From NCBI GenBank assembly GCA_963716205.1, contig OY970290.1, positions 452,911 to 516,910 of the forward strand: a DNA stretch of 64,000 nucleotides. The letters are read 5' to 3'. Source of the stretch: an uncultured bacterium. GTDB lineage: Bacteria > Patescibacteriota > Minisyncoccia > Phycocordibacterales > GWA1-40-21. Each line of letters starts with the position of its first letter. The first letter of the stretch is position 1. Below, piece by piece: positions 18,778-29,223 of the stretch. Under the pieces are notes generated by a model that worked only from the letters and a program-made list of their open reading frames with translations, was not told the DNA's origin and ran no database searches. The position numbers were made by a program, and so were the translations under genes.

Positions 18778-19971
18778 ATGTCGCAAAAAATTTCAGTCGG
18801 AATAGATATTGGAACGGACCGCGTGAAAGTGGTCGTCACTGAAAATATAAAATCTGAAAATGGCACGGTGGCTCCGCGCATTATCGGATTCGGTTTTGCC
18901 GAATTAAACGGGCTTCGCCACGGATATATCACCAATATCGCCGATGCGACCGCTTCCATCAAAGCCGCGGTCAATCAAGCGGAAAAATCTGCTAAAATAA
19001 AAATCAAAAAAGCGTATGTTTCGGTCGGAGGAATAGGGCTCGGAGCGATCATTGGCAAAGGTTCGGTTATAATATCGAAGGCGGACTCGGAAATCACTGA
19101 GCTTGATGTCAAAAATGTCGTGAACACCGCCGAAAGCGAGCTCCCGGCCACCGCGCTTCTCAATAAAAAAATAATTCTGACGATTCCTCTCGCATATAAA
19201 ATAGATGAGGAAATGCTCATCGGTAGGCCGATCGGCATGCACGGGGTGAAGCTCGAATCGCGGGCGCTTTTTGTCGTCTGCCTTGAACAGCATTTGAATG
19301 ACTTGATCCGTGCCGTTGAAGAAGCCGACGTGGAAGTCCTCGATGTCATGGCATCAATCCTTGCAGCAAGCTTGGTCAATCTTTCAAAAACGCAGCGGGT
19401 GGCAGGAAGTGTGCTCGTCAATATCGGCGCAGAAACGACATCCATCGCCGTTTTTGAAAACAATATTCCGATATCGCTTGAAGTTTTTCCGCTCGGCGGC
19501 ACGGATATCACCAATGACATTGCGCTCGGTTTCCGCATTCCTATCGATGAAGCCGAGAGTTTAAAAATCGGATCCGTCACCAATTCGCAATATCCGAAGA
19601 AAAAACTCGAAGATATCACGAGCGGCAAACTTGAAAATATTTTTTCGCTCGTAGAAACTCATTTGAAAAAAATCGGCAGGAGTGGGCTTCTCCCTGCTGG
19701 GATCATTTTGACGGGCGGCGGATCGAACATCGCCGGCATCGAAGAAATCGCTCGCGCATCACTGAAACTTCCAGCAAAAATTGCCGTCATTAATCAGGAA
19801 CAAAATATGAAAAATCAAATCAAAGACAACGCATGGTCTGTCGCTTACGGCCTTGCGGTCTGGGGACTTTCAAATGGTGATGATATTTCCGACGGCTTGC
19901 ATTTCTCAAATGGCAGAAGCGGAAAAATATTCAAGGGTATGGGAGACTGGTTCAAGCAGTTTTTGCCATAA
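18778..19971 (+). CDS. ftsA: cell division protein FtsA
   Basis: Actin-like ATPase. ISVGIDIGTDRVKVVV phosphate-1 motif, with FtsZ immediately downstream. Confidence 0.85.
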   Translation: MSQKISVGIDIGTDRVKVVVTENIKSENGTVAPRIIGFGFAELNGLRHGYITNIADATASIKAAVNQAEKSAKIKIKKAYVSVGGIGLGAIIGKGSVIISKADSEITELDVKNVVNTAESELPATALLNKKIILTIPLAYKIDEEMLIGRPIGMHGVKLESRALFVVCLEQHLNDLIRAVEEADVEVLDVMASILAASLVNLSKTQRVAGSVLVNIGAETTSIAVFENNIPISLEVFPLGGTDITNDIALGFRIPIDEAESLKIGSVTNSQYPKKKLEDITSGKLENIFSLVETHLKKIGRSGLLPAGIILTGGGSNIAGIEEIARASLKLPAKIAVINQEQNMKNQIKDNAWSVAYGLAVWGLSNGDDISDGLHFSNGRSGKIFKGMGDWFKQFLP

Positions 19972-20078
19972 AAAATCACTATTGGCAATCCTTTTCTTTT
20001 TCCCTATTTTTCTGATATTATTGTGAGAAGAAACAAAGTTTGCGTTGCAATTATTAACGTTTATTAGCCATTTATACA

Positions 20079-21248
20079 ATGCCACAAATAAAACCGGAAA
20101 TAGAAACTTTTGCCAGAATAAAAGTCATTGGTATCGGAGGTTCGGGAGGAAATGCGGTCAATCATATGATCAATTCCAAAGTCAAAGGAGTTGAATTCAT
20201 CGTCTCCAACACCGACGCTCAAGACCTGCACCATTCGCTCGCTTCCAAAAAAATTCATATCGGCAAAAATCTGACCAAAGGACTCGGTACCGGAATGAAT
20301 CCGGAGCTCGGCAAAAAAGCTGCGGAAGAAACTCGCGAAGAAATCCAAGAAGCTCTGAAAGGGGCGGATATGGTTTTTGTGGCTCTCGGGGAAGGCGGTG
20401 GCACCGGCACTGGTGCGGCACCGCTTATCGCGAAAATTGCAAAGGAACTCGGCATTCTGACAATAGCCGTTGTTACCAAGCCGTTCGTCTTTGAAGGCGC
20501 GCAGAGAAATAAAATCGCGGAGCTTGGCACTGAAGAATTGAGAAAATGCGTGGACGCGATTATCGTTGTGCCGAACGATCGTCTGATGGCCATCGTCAAC
20601 AAAGAAACGACGATGAAATCCGCATTCGCACTCTGCGACGACATTTTGCGGCAAGCGGTTGAAGGAATTTCCGATTTGATTACGACACCAGGAATCATCA
20701 ATATCGATTTTGCGGACATCAAAGCGGTTCTCGAAAACGCCGGCTCGGCACTCATGGGCATCGGCCGCGCAACCGGAGAACAAAGAGCGCAGGTCGCTGC
20801 AGAACTCGCGATCAATTCCCCACTTCTGGAAGTTTCAATTCACGGTGCAAAAGGAGTTCTCTTTTCCATTGCGGCTGGCGACGACTTGACCCTTTTTGAA
20901 GTTCAGGAAGCGGCAAAAGTCATTACCGAGTCCATTGATCCGAATGCAAAAGTCATATTCGGCACCATTCATACGGACAAATTGAAAAAAGGCGAAATAC
21001 AGATCACGGTCATCGCTTCCGGCTTTTCAGAAAACCAAAACAAAAAATCACTATTTCATTCGATCTCTTCGTCAAAACAGGATGAAAACAAAAGCGGCAA
21101 AATTTTCAATTCCATTGAAACAAAAGAGGAGAAACCGATTGCAAAATCAGAGCCCGTCATCAATGAATCAAAAAAAACCATTAAAATTGATGACGAGGAT
21201 GATGAATGGGGTGTGCCATCTTTTTTGAAACGATCTAAAATTAAGTAA
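20079..21248 (+). CDS. ftsZ: cell division protein FtsZ
   Basis: IKVIGIGGSGGNAVN and the tubulin signature GGGTGTGAAP, followed by a variable C-terminal linker. Confidence 0.95.
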   Translation: MPQIKPEIETFARIKVIGIGGSGGNAVNHMINSKVKGVEFIVSNTDAQDLHHSLASKKIHIGKNLTKGLGTGMNPELGKKAAEETREEIQEALKGADMVFVALGEGGGTGTGAAPLIAKIAKELGILTIAVVTKPFVFEGAQRNKIAELGTEELRKCVDAIIVVPNDRLMAIVNKETTMKSAFALCDDILRQAVEGISDLITTPGIINIDFADIKAVLENAGSALMGIGRATGEQRAQVAAELAINSPLLEVSIHGAKGVLFSIAAGDDLTLFEVQEAAKVITESIDPNAKVIFGTIHTDKLKKGEIQITVIASGFSENQNKKSLFHSISSSKQDENKSGKIFNSIETKEEKPIAKSEPVINESKKTIKIDDEDDEWGVPSFLKRSKIK

Positions 21249-21254
21249 AAAATA

Positions 21255-22175
21255 ATGATCTACGACTTAGCGATTATTGGCGGCGGTCCCGCTGGCGTTG
21301 CTGCAGGAGTTTATGCCGCCCGCAAGAAAATCAAAACTGTTTTCATAACGGAAACTTTCGACAGTCAAAGCACTGTGTCGGAAAATATCCAAAATTGGAT
21401 CGGTACACCATCTATTCGGGGCGAAGAATTGACTTCCCTTCTTGAAAAACATCTTCGTGCCTATGCCGGTGAAATCGTCGATATAAAAATAAAAGAAAAA
21501 GCGACGGATATATCAAAAAAAGAAGGTGTTTTTTTCATACAAACAAACGCGTCGGAATATCAGGCAAAGACAGTTCTCATAACGACTGGAAGCATTCGAA
21601 AAAAACTTACTGTAAAAGGCGCGGATATTTTTGAAAATAAAGGCATCAGCTATTGCGCCACATGCGATGCACCGCTTTTTTCGGGAATGGATGTCGCGAT
21701 TATCGGAGGAGGAAATTCCGCTTTTGAATCGGCGGCTCAGCTTCTCGCGTATGCAAAAAGTGTGACCATCCTGCAAAGAAGCGAGTTTCGAGCTGATCCG
21801 GTGACTATTCAAAAAGTGCTTGCCGATACACATGTCACGGCAATCCCGCAAGTCGACCTCATTGAAATAAAAGGTGACAAATTCGTTACCGGAATTGTGT
21901 ATAAAAATAAAAAAACCGGCGAAACAAAAGAAATTCCCGTTACCGGAATTTTTGTCGAGATTGGCGCGAACCCTTCTGTTAATTTCATTAAAAATGACTT
22001 GGTCAAATTAAGCTCAGCGAACGAAATAATTGCAGATCCGAAAACTCAAAAAACATCATGTCTTGGTATCTGGGCGGCCGGCGATTGCACGGACGGACTC
22101 TACAAGCAAAACAATATTGCCGTCGGCGATGCCATCAAGGCACTGGAAAATATTTTTGAATATTTGAAAATGTAA
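21255..22175 (+). CDS. trxB: thioredoxin-disulfide reductase
   Basis: FAD motif DLAIIGGGPAGVAAG, redox-active CATCD, and NADPH motif IIGGGNSAFE. Confidence 0.9.
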   Translation: MIYDLAIIGGGPAGVAAGVYAARKKIKTVFITETFDSQSTVSENIQNWIGTPSIRGEELTSLLEKHLRAYAGEIVDIKIKEKATDISKKEGVFFIQTNASEYQAKTVLITTGSIRKKLTVKGADIFENKGISYCATCDAPLFSGMDVAIIGGGNSAFESAAQLLAYAKSVTILQRSEFRADPVTIQKVLADTHVTAIPQVDLIEIKGDKFVTGIVYKNKKTGETKEIPVTGIFVEIGANPSVNFIKNDLVKLSSANEIIADPKTQKTSCLGIWAAGDCTDGLYKQNNIAVGDAIKALENIFEYLKM

Positions 22176-22213
22176 AATAAAAAAGACCGCTCTCTGGGAA
22201 CGGTCTTTTATTC

Positions 22214-22732
22214 TTACGAAAAGGATTTGACTTTTCGTATCCTCACCGGGCGCAACAAATATTCTTGTTTCGGTCCGTACCACGCTTCGCCTTTGATTTT
22301 TTTGCCAAGCAACACGGGCGGCAACCAAAACGGATCCGCAGGCATCAGCATATTGACGGGCAGATCATCTATGAAGTAGTCCTTCCACTTGCCAAAATCT
22401 TTCGATGGAATAAGACTACCTTCATATTTACTTGCAAGAAAAACGATTACCTTACAATCAAATGGTATGCCCTCCTTCGTAATATTATGAAAAAGCATTT
22501 CTGCACACTTTTCCAAATGGACCGGGGAAATATGAACGTGCTGTTCTTCTTGTGTTTCCCGTACCGCTGCCTGAACCGCGCTTTCCCCTTTTTCAATGCT
22601 ACCGCCGCAGCTATTGAGTTTACCCTTTCCAATATTTTTTAACTTTATCGCAAGAGGAACGCGCCCATTTTTCGGAAAGAAAACGAGCACTGCATGCAGC
22701 AAAACTTTTTCTTTTTCACTTTGCGTATTCAT
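22214..22732 (-). CDS. NUDIX hydrolase
   Basis: Nudix box GGSIEKGESAVQAAVRETQEE. Confidence 0.8.
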   Translation of the reverse strand: MNTQSEKEKVLLHAVLVFFPKNGRVPLAIKLKNIGKGKLNSCGGSIEKGESAVQAAVRETQEEQHVHISPVHLEKCAEMLFHNITKEGIPFDCKVIVFLASKYEGSLIPSKDFGKWKDYFIDDLPVNMLMPADPFWLPPVLLGKKIKGEAWYGPKQEYLLRPVRIRKVKSFS

Positions 22733-22934
22733 GCTTCATCACTTCCCTTCTTTTATATATAACAATACAATCTGTCATTAGGATACACCCGTTGCATTTT
22801 TATGCAAATATATACTTTATTTTGAAAGGAAAATATGATAAGCTGTTTCAGCTTTTGATAATGTCATATATATAGGCGGTTAGCTATGTTGGCAAGTAAC
22901 ATTGAGAAGCAAGTTTTGAAAAATTTTCACATAT

Positions 22935-23007
22935 GGGCGGTTAGCTCAGTTGGTAGAGCATCTCTTTGACGTAGAGAGGGTCATAGGTTCGAATCCTGTA
23001 CCGCCCA
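22935..23007 (+). tRNA. tRNA-Val (anticodon GAC)
   Basis: GGGCGGT-TA-GCTC-AGTTGGTA-GAGC-A-TCTCT-TTGACGT-AGAGA-GGGTC-ATAGG-TTCGAAT-CCTGT-ACCGCCC-A. Confidence 0.8.
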
Positions 23008-23008
23008 C

Positions 23009-23036
23009 AAAAAAATTCCCGTGAGGGATTTTTTTA
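23009..23036. terminator. bidirectional intrinsic terminator
   Basis: AAAAAAATTCCC-GTGA-GGGATTTTTTT lies between tRNA-Val (+) and the convergent response-regulator gene (-). Confidence 0.7.
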
Positions 23037-23420
23037 TTTTGGATAATGCTTGTCGCAGATTTCTTTGACCTTTGCCGCGATCTCATCCGGACTGTTTTGG
23101 CTTTTTACCAAACATGCCTCCGCTCCGAGATCAAGGCACTTTTTCAAATCCTCTTTACTTGAGAGATTGGTCAGAGCGATAACGGGAATATTTTTCAAAT
23201 TCTGATCTCCTTTCATGAATTTTATAACTTCAAAGCCGTCTTTTTTCGGCATCATGATATCCAAAACGGCGATTTGCGGTTTTTGAGCCATTGATGTCAA
23301 ATTTGCAATGGCTTGTTCTCCGTCAGCCGCCATAGAAAAATCAAAGCCGTTGAGTTTAAAAATCTGGCTGTAAATGCTTATCATCAATGGATCATCTTCT
23401 GCCATAAAAACAGTTGCCAT
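23034..23420 (-). CDS. stand-alone response regulator receiver domain (CheY-like)
   Basis: 128 aa. Acidic pocket residues (EDD), the phospho-acceptor Asp in AVLDIMMPKKDG, and the conserved Thr/Lys (IALT...K). Confidence 0.8.
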   Translation of the reverse strand: MATVFMAEDDPLMISIYSQIFKLNGFDFSMAADGEQAIANLTSMAQKPQIAVLDIMMPKKDGFEVIKFMKGDQNLKNIPVIALTNLSSKEDLKKCLDLGAEACLVKSQNSPDEIAAKVKEICDKHYPK

Positions 23421-23469
23421 AAAATTATAGTTATTAAATTATTAATTGATTTTACTAAAGATGATTATA

Positions 23470-24195
23470 TCACTTCGCAATTGGAATTGTAAATGTAAAA
23501 ATGCTTCCCTTCCCCTGTTCACTTTTTTCAAGGGCAATGTTCCCGCCAATGGCGCTGATGAGCGTCTGGGAAATATACAATCCGAGCCCGCTGTCCTCGC
23601 AATTTTTTTCATCACGATTTTCGCCGACACGCTTGAATTTGCCGAACAAAAGTGCCTGGTCTTCTTTTGAAATGCCGATTCCGGTATCCGATACGGTAAT
23701 CTTTAGAAAATCGCCGGCAACCTCGCTTGTCAGGGTAACACCGCCTTCCGACGTAAATTTGATTGCATTTCCGATAAGATTGGTGAGGATTTGCTCAACA
23801 ATATCCTTATCTGCGAAAACATTCGGCAATATTTCATTGTCCGCTTCGTATGAAAGAGTGATATTCTTTTTTATTGCCAGGATTTTCAAATGACTGATCG
23901 TTGCACGCACCGCATCAGCAATATCAAAATTTTCCTTTTTCATATTTATGGCGCCATTTTCAAGATGTGATGGATCGAGAAAATTATTTATGATCCGAAT
24001 AAGACGGATACTGGCAACATCAATATCGGTAAGCAATTCCTTCATATCGGGATCGGAAACCTTGTCGGAATATTTGGAAAGCAAAAGCTCGGCACTCGCG
24101 CGAATAGCCGTGAGTGGAGTGCGCAACTCATGAGACGCAAAAAGAAAAAAATCTTCCTTACTTTTTATCACGGCTTTTTCATCTTTCGGATTCAT
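23470..24195 (-). CDS. sensor histidine kinase (cytoplasmic, HisKA + HATPase_c)
   Basis: H-box FASHELRTPLTAI, N-box NLIGNAIKFT, G1 DTGIGI and G2 GLGLYIS. No TM segments. Confidence 0.85.
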   Translation of the reverse strand: MNPKDEKAVIKSKEDFFLFASHELRTPLTAIRASAELLLSKYSDKVSDPDMKELLTDIDVASIRLIRIINNFLDPSHLENGAINMKKENFDIADAVRATISHLKILAIKKNITLSYEADNEILPNVFADKDIVEQILTNLIGNAIKFTSEGGVTLTSEVAGDFLKITVSDTGIGISKEDQALLFGKFKRVGENRDEKNCEDSGLGLYISQTLISAIGGNIALEKSEQGKGSIFTFTIPIAK

Positions 24196-24231
24196 GAAAT
24201 TGTATTATTGGAAGAATTATATCACAGACAG

Positions 24232-24978
24232 CTAGATTTGTATTTTTGAAAAGAGGTAACCTCCGAGACCGATAAAAATAATCGTAACGGCAGACAAAAT
24301 GGTGACATCCATACCGAGTCCGAAAGCTGACATTCCGCTGAGCACCGTTCGAAATGCATCAATGCCGTAAGCTAAAGGATCAATGCGGGTAAGCACCGCC
24401 AAAACGTTCGGCAATCCATTCAGTGGGAAAAGTGCACCGGAAAGAAAAAATAACGGCATGACAAGGAAGTTCACAATAAGCTGGAAGCCCTGCATATCGT
24501 CAAGCTGAGAAGCAATGATGGTGCCGAGTGCCGTAAAAAGAAGTGCGATGAGCAGCATCAATAATATTGCCCAAATAACGGATACTATATTTTCCACCTT
24601 AAAGCCGATAAGAATGGAAATGAGAAATACAATAATACCTTGCATCGTCGCCGTCGTCGCCCCGCCGAGCGTCCTGCCAATCATAATATTGACACGGGAA
24701 ACCGGCGCCACCAAAGTTTCTTTGAGAAATCCGAATTGCTTGTCCCAGATGATTTCAATTCCGGAAAAAACAGAAGAAAAAATAATCGCCATGCCGATAA
24801 TGCCCGGCACGAGAAATTGCACATAATTACCTTCCCCCGCTTTTTGAAAAACCGGTCCGAGACCATATCCCAGTGCAACGAGGAATAAGAGCGGCTGTGC
24901 AAGAGAGCCGATCACGCGTGATCGAGATCGTAAATATCTTTTTATTTGCCGCAGCCATAAAATATAAATTGTTCTCAT
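24232..24978 (-). CDS. ABC-2 family transporter permease
   Basis: 248 aa with six hydrophobic segments. Immediately downstream of the ABC ATPase. Confidence 0.75.
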   Translation of the reverse strand: MRTIYILWLRQIKRYLRSRSRVIGSLAQPLLFLVALGYGLGPVFQKAGEGNYVQFLVPGIIGMAIIFSSVFSGIEIIWDKQFGFLKETLVAPVSRVNIMIGRTLGGATTATMQGIIVFLISILIGFKVENIVSVIWAILLMLLIALLFTALGTIIASQLDDMQGFQLIVNFLVMPLFFLSGALFPLNGLPNVLAVLTRIDPLAYGIDAFRTVLSGMSAFGLGMDVTILSAVTIIFIGLGGYLFSKIQI

Positions 24979-24990
24979 GATATTTTTTAT

Positions 24991-25794
24991 TTATCTTCTG
25001 CCTCCAGACCATGCTTGTCTGTGCTGTCGCATTTGATCGGTGGCACTTGATTCTTCCTCGCGGATTTTTTTGCCAGTAAGCGCGAGAAACGCATCCTCCA
25101 GATTGTTTGTCTTTGTTCTCATTTTCAATTCATCGGATGTGCCAAAATCAATGATTTTTCCGTAGTCAATAATGGCAATCCTTTCTGCAATCTTGTCTGC
25201 CTCCTCCATATAATGCGTTGTAAAAAATACCGTCGTGCCTTCGGTTTTGTTCAAGTCTTTCAAATAATTCCATAAATGATTCCTTGTCTGCGGATCAAGC
25301 CCTATTGTCGGCTCATCGAGAAAAATAACTTTTGGATGGTGCAAAAGCCCGCGCGCGATTTCCAATCTTCGTTTCATGCCGCCGGAAAATGTCTTTACCA
25401 GACTGTTTTTCCTGTCCCACAGCTCGACAAATGTCATGAGTTTTTCGATGCGATCTCTGCGCACTTTTTTTTCAATGCCGTAGAGCACGCCGTGGAATTC
25501 CATATTTTCCCACGCAGTCAATTCATCATCGAGCGACGGATCCTGAAACACAATACCGAACGAATGCCGTACTGCGTCCGCATTTTTTGCGGTGTCAAAG
25601 CCGTTGAGAATGATTTCACCGCTCGTCGGATTCAAAAGTGTCGTCAATATTTTGATGGTCGTGGATTTGCCCGCGCCATTCGGTCCGAGAAATGCAAAAA
25701 TTTCTCCCTCTTTGACAGAAAAAGAAATATCATCAACCGCGGTGATGTCTCCGAATTTTTTGACTAAGTTTTTTACCTCGATAATGTCTGCCAT
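24991..25794 (-). CDS. ABC transporter ATP-binding protein
   Basis: Walker A GPNGAGKST, signature FSGGMKRRLEIA, Walker B VIFLDEPT and an H-loop. Confidence 0.9.
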   Translation of the reverse strand: MADIIEVKNLVKKFGDITAVDDISFSVKEGEIFAFLGPNGAGKSTTIKILTTLLNPTSGEIILNGFDTAKNADAVRHSFGIVFQDPSLDDELTAWENMEFHGVLYGIEKKVRRDRIEKLMTFVELWDRKNSLVKTFSGGMKRRLEIARGLLHHPKVIFLDEPTIGLDPQTRNHLWNYLKDLNKTEGTTVFFTTHYMEEADKIAERIAIIDYGKIIDFGTSDELKMRTKTNNLEDAFLALTGKKIREEESSATDQMRQHRQAWSGGRR

Positions 25795-26402
25795 TGGGCA
25801 ATTATAGCATACATTATGAATGACAGAGCGGCTATTATTTCCGCAGTTTTTCGCACGAGACCGATTCGAGGAAATGTTTTTGTGACCGTAAAGACATGTT
25901 CCTCTGCAGACATCGCTGCCATCGCGTCTTCCGCAAAAATTTGGTTGTACCCATATTCGTAGGCGAACCGCGCTGTGCTTTCCACGCCGATATTTGTTGC
26001 TATTCCGCAGAGAATAATTGTCGTTATGCCTCGTCTTCTTAATTCCAAGTCAAGTTCTGTGCCATAAAACGCGCCCCATTGGTGTTTGGTGATGACAAAA
26101 TCATTTTCCTTCGGTCCGAGCTCTGGCACAATATCCGCCCAATCAGGCGCCGGCGTTTGGCTCCATCGCGGCATATCAGTTATCGGATTCAATCCATCTT
26201 TTCCATCCGGGGATGGTGTAACTCGAACGAGAAAAATCTGCATTCCGTTTGCACGCATTTTTTCGGCAATGGTAATTGTGTTTTTCAAAACCGCATCTGA
26301 TGCATATGGTGCGACTTCGCGTCCGACGATTCCTTTTTGCAAATCAATAACCACCAAAGCCGTTTTACTTTTATCAATGATAATTTGTTTTTGTTCGTTC
26401 AT
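25773..26402 (-). CDS. isochorismatase-family cysteine hydrolase
   Basis: TALVVIDLQ start and a catalytic Cys in ILCGIATNIGVESTAR. Confidence 0.75.
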   Translation of the reverse strand: MNEQKQIIIDKSKTALVVIDLQKGIVGREVAPYASDAVLKNTITIAEKMRANGMQIFLVRVTPSPDGKDGLNPITDMPRWSQTPAPDWADIVPELGPKENDFVITKHQWGAFYGTELDLELRRRGITTIILCGIATNIGVESTARFAYEYGYNQIFAEDAMAAMSAEEHVFTVTKTFPRIGLVRKTAEIIAALSFIMYAIIAQWQTLSR

Positions 26403-26442
26403 ACTGAAATTATACCAAAATAAAAATTAAAAAACATGTGCC

Positions 26443-26531
26443 TGCGGAGAGGGCGGGATTCGAACCCGCGAGACCCTTGCGAGCCTGCCAGTTTTCGAAA
26501 CTGGTACATTCAACCACTCTGCCACCTCTCC
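26443..26531 (-). tRNA. tRNA-Ser (anticodon CGA)
   Basis: The reverse complement has acceptor GGAGAGG/CCTCTCC, anticodon stem-loop CCAGT-TTCGAAA-ACTGG, a long variable arm and T-arm GCGGG-TTCGAAT-CCCGC. Confidence 0.75.
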
Positions 26532-26606
26532 GTGTTTTTGCAACCCGAAAAACAGTAACATCTTTTTGTCTTTTTTACAAAAAATGGTATAGTACTTTTT
26601 GTGTTT

Positions 26607-26678
26607 GGCCCTATCGTCTAACGGTTAGGACACGGCCTTTTCAAGGCTGTAATCGGGGTTCGATTCCCCGTAGGGTCA
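26607..26678 (+). tRNA. tRNA-Glu (anticodon TTC)
   Basis: GGCCCTA..GTCT-AACGGTTA-GGAC..CGGCC-TTTTCAA-GGCTG..CGGGG-TTCGATT-CCCCG-TAGGGTC-A. Confidence 0.75.
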
Positions 26679-26736
26679 CAACTAGTATTTAAATACTGGT
26701 ATTAAAGTATATAAATACTATATAAGTCGTAAAATT

Positions 26737-28188
26737 ATGAAGTTAGAGAAAACAACAATCAGAAATTATAGAAGTATAGATGAGCTATCATTTGATATTA
26801 ACCAACTCAATGATCAGACCTTTACGTATGGCTTAATCGGAGTAAACGAAGCTGGAAAATCTACAATATTAAAGGGATTAGCATTAAAAGATGGTTTAAA
26901 AAACGAAAAGGGATCAGCTCTACCGTTACTTAAAGATTTCAAAGATAAGTCAAAACCAATTGAAATCGAGTATTTATACTTACTAAACAAAGATGAAATA
27001 ATTTTTTGTAGAGAGCATATAGTTACACAGGCACCAGAAGTAACAGAGGTTGGTACTATTGATTTTAGTTCCATTAAGCTTATAACTTATTTCAATATTG
27101 ATGCGCCAAGTACCGTTAAATATAGGATTGATATTAGTTCTATACCTGAAACAAACGAACAAAAGTCTTTAATTGAAGATAAATTAAAAAAGATTATTTT
27201 CGAGAAATCACATAAATCAATTTTTTGGACAGCAGAAGATCGTTATTTAATCTCACAACCAATAACATTGTCACAATTTGCAGATAATCCGGATGTAATA
27301 TCAATACCTTTGAAAAACTGTTTTGCTCTTGCTGGAATAGTTGGGATAACTGCAATTAAAGAAAAAATAGCTTCAATCTCTGAATCAACTGAGCGAGAAC
27401 AATTACAGACTGATCTAGGTGAAAAAGTAAGTGCTCACATAAATACAGCTTGGCCTAAACACCCAATTACAATAACTTTTGACATATCTGATGGTCTGAT
27501 CAATTTTCATGTCCATGACTCAAATTCAAAAGGTAAAGCAAAAACAGCTGACCAACGAAGTGATGGTTTTAGACAATTTGTATCTTTTCTTTTAACTATT
27601 GCAGCACAAAGTAAAAACGATGAGCTTTCTAATACAATTTTATTGCTTGATGAACCAGAAACACACCTGCATCCACAAGCTCAAGAAGATTTGTTAAAAC
27701 AACTTATCAAAATAACTGAAAATAAAAAAAATAATATTGTATTTTTTGCTACTCACTCTAATTACATGATTGATAAAAATGATTTGAGTAGAAATTATAA
27801 AATATTTAAAAAATCTAATAAAAAATCGGAAAAAGAAAAGACTGAAAAAGAATTGTTTGATAAAAAAGTTTCAACTTATGCCAGTGTAACTTATGAGGTA
27901 TTTGATATTGCGACTACCGATTACCATAATGAACTTTACTCAAAGGTACACGAATTATATCAAGATGCTGATTCTACTGACAAAGAACGCTCAGGTATTC
28001 TAAATTTCGATACTAATTTCTTGGAAAAAGAAAAGAAGCTTAAAAAGGACAAACCTTGGAAAAATACTCCTAACAAGGCAACTCTTCCTACTTATATTAG
28101 AAATTGTATTCATCATTCAGATAATGGGGATAAATATAAAGATGAAAATCTAAGGGAATCTATTGAGTTATTACTTTCTTATTTATAA
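26737..28188 (+). CDS. SMC/OLD-type ABC ATPase with C-terminal HEPN-like domain (PrrC/RloC-like architecture)
   Basis: ATPase motifs: IRNYRSI start, Walker A GVNEAGKST, signature-like SDGFRQFVSF, Walker B/D-loop LLLDEPETHLHP and H-loop FFATHSNYM. The C-terminal region of about 120 aa carries YIRNCIHHSD (R-x4-H, HEPN-like). The gene is AT-rich relative to its neighbours. Confidence 0.6.
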   Translation: MKLEKTTIRNYRSIDELSFDINQLNDQTFTYGLIGVNEAGKSTILKGLALKDGLKNEKGSALPLLKDFKDKSKPIEIEYLYLLNKDEIIFCREHIVTQAPEVTEVGTIDFSSIKLITYFNIDAPSTVKYRIDISSIPETNEQKSLIEDKLKKIIFEKSHKSIFWTAEDRYLISQPITLSQFADNPDVISIPLKNCFALAGIVGITAIKEKIASISESTEREQLQTDLGEKVSAHINTAWPKHPITITFDISDGLINFHVHDSNSKGKAKTADQRSDGFRQFVSFLLTIAAQSKNDELSNTILLLDEPETHLHPQAQEDLLKQLIKITENKKNNIVFFATHSNYMIDKNDLSRNYKIFKKSNKKSEKEKTEKELFDKKVSTYASVTYEVFDIATTDYHNELYSKVHELYQDADSTDKERSGILNFDTNFLEKEKKLKKDKPWKNTPNKATLPTYIRNCIHHSDNGDKYKDENLRESIELLLSYL

Positions 28189-28248
28189 ATTTGGTTATTA
28201 GATAACAACTTTACTTTAGGTTCACTGATGTAGGATTTTTCTCTAGAA

Positions 28249-29160
28249 TTACTTACCTCTTTTTTCATCTTCCTGTTGTTGTAAATAAGCATCTACGACT
28301 GCTTCTATCTCCTCTTCAGAAGGAACATCTTCATCTGTTTTATCAGTAAATTTTATACCCTCATCTTTAAACGTATTTTTTACAACTTCTAAGGCAAATT
28401 CTGCTTGCTCTTTAGTAATTGGATCGGAGGAGTGAACTGCTTTATTTCTGATACCAATTAAGTCTTTAATTAGAGAGATGTATTTTTTATCTGAAAAAAT
28501 ATTATTTTTATCCGCAAAATCTAACAGTTGTCTCATCCCCATGTACTTAGTTGTTAAATCTTTTTCTTCCAATAGCTTTTCTTTTAGATACTCTTCAAGT
28601 GTTTTTTGAGCTTCTATTACTGTTTCAGCATAAAATTTGTTATCAAATAATTTAAGTGCTCTCTCTAAATATGAATCTTTTAATTTTTCTATAGTTTCGG
28701 TTGCCTCTCTTACCGTTCTTCTTGTTAGCCTGATTGCGTTAAAGAAACTAGATATTGCTAATATTGAGCCGGCAATTCCATCAAAAATAATAACCGCATG
28801 TTCGTGTTGTTTCGCAAAGCCATAAAATGGTTCTGATCCAATAATCCAGAAAAAGATCACTAAAATTGGAAACAGCATCGCAAACGAATAAAAAAAATTT
28901 GCTAAAGGAATGATCCATCTAAATAAGAAGAAATTTTGATATTTACCAAAATTGAATCGTAAATAATCTAAAGCATAGAGATAAACAGATATGGTTAATA
29001 AAATAATAAAAAAAATCATTATTCCAAATAATGGATATATTCTATTACCAATTATCAAGCCAATTTTTGACAAATCATCTTTGAAGGTGCTGAAGGCTAA
29101 AAAAGCAGCAAGAAGTCCTACAACAAAAAATGCTTTATCTTGTATCTGTTTATCATTCAT
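28249..29160 (-). CDS. multi-TM membrane protein with C-terminal HEPN domain
   Basis: Four or five N-terminal hydrophobic helices, then a soluble C-terminal domain with the canonical HEPN motif LIGIRNKAVHSSDP (R-x4-H). AT-rich. Confidence 0.6.
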   Translation of the reverse strand: MNDKQIQDKAFFVVGLLAAFLAFSTFKDDLSKIGLIIGNRIYPLFGIMIFFIILLTISVYLYALDYLRFNFGKYQNFFLFRWIIPLANFFYSFAMLFPILVIFFWIIGSEPFYGFAKQHEHAVIIFDGIAGSILAISSFFNAIRLTRRTVREATETIEKLKDSYLERALKLFDNKFYAETVIEAQKTLEEYLKEKLLEEKDLTTKYMGMRQLLDFADKNNIFSDKKYISLIKDLIGIRNKAVHSSDPITKEQAEFALEVVKNTFKDEGIKFTDKTDEDVPSEEEIEAVVDAYLQQQEDEKRGK

Positions 29161-29223
29161 AAATTATGCTAATAAAATCTACTTATAAGATTTTATTAAA
29201 TATATCACGGACGAAAAATATAG

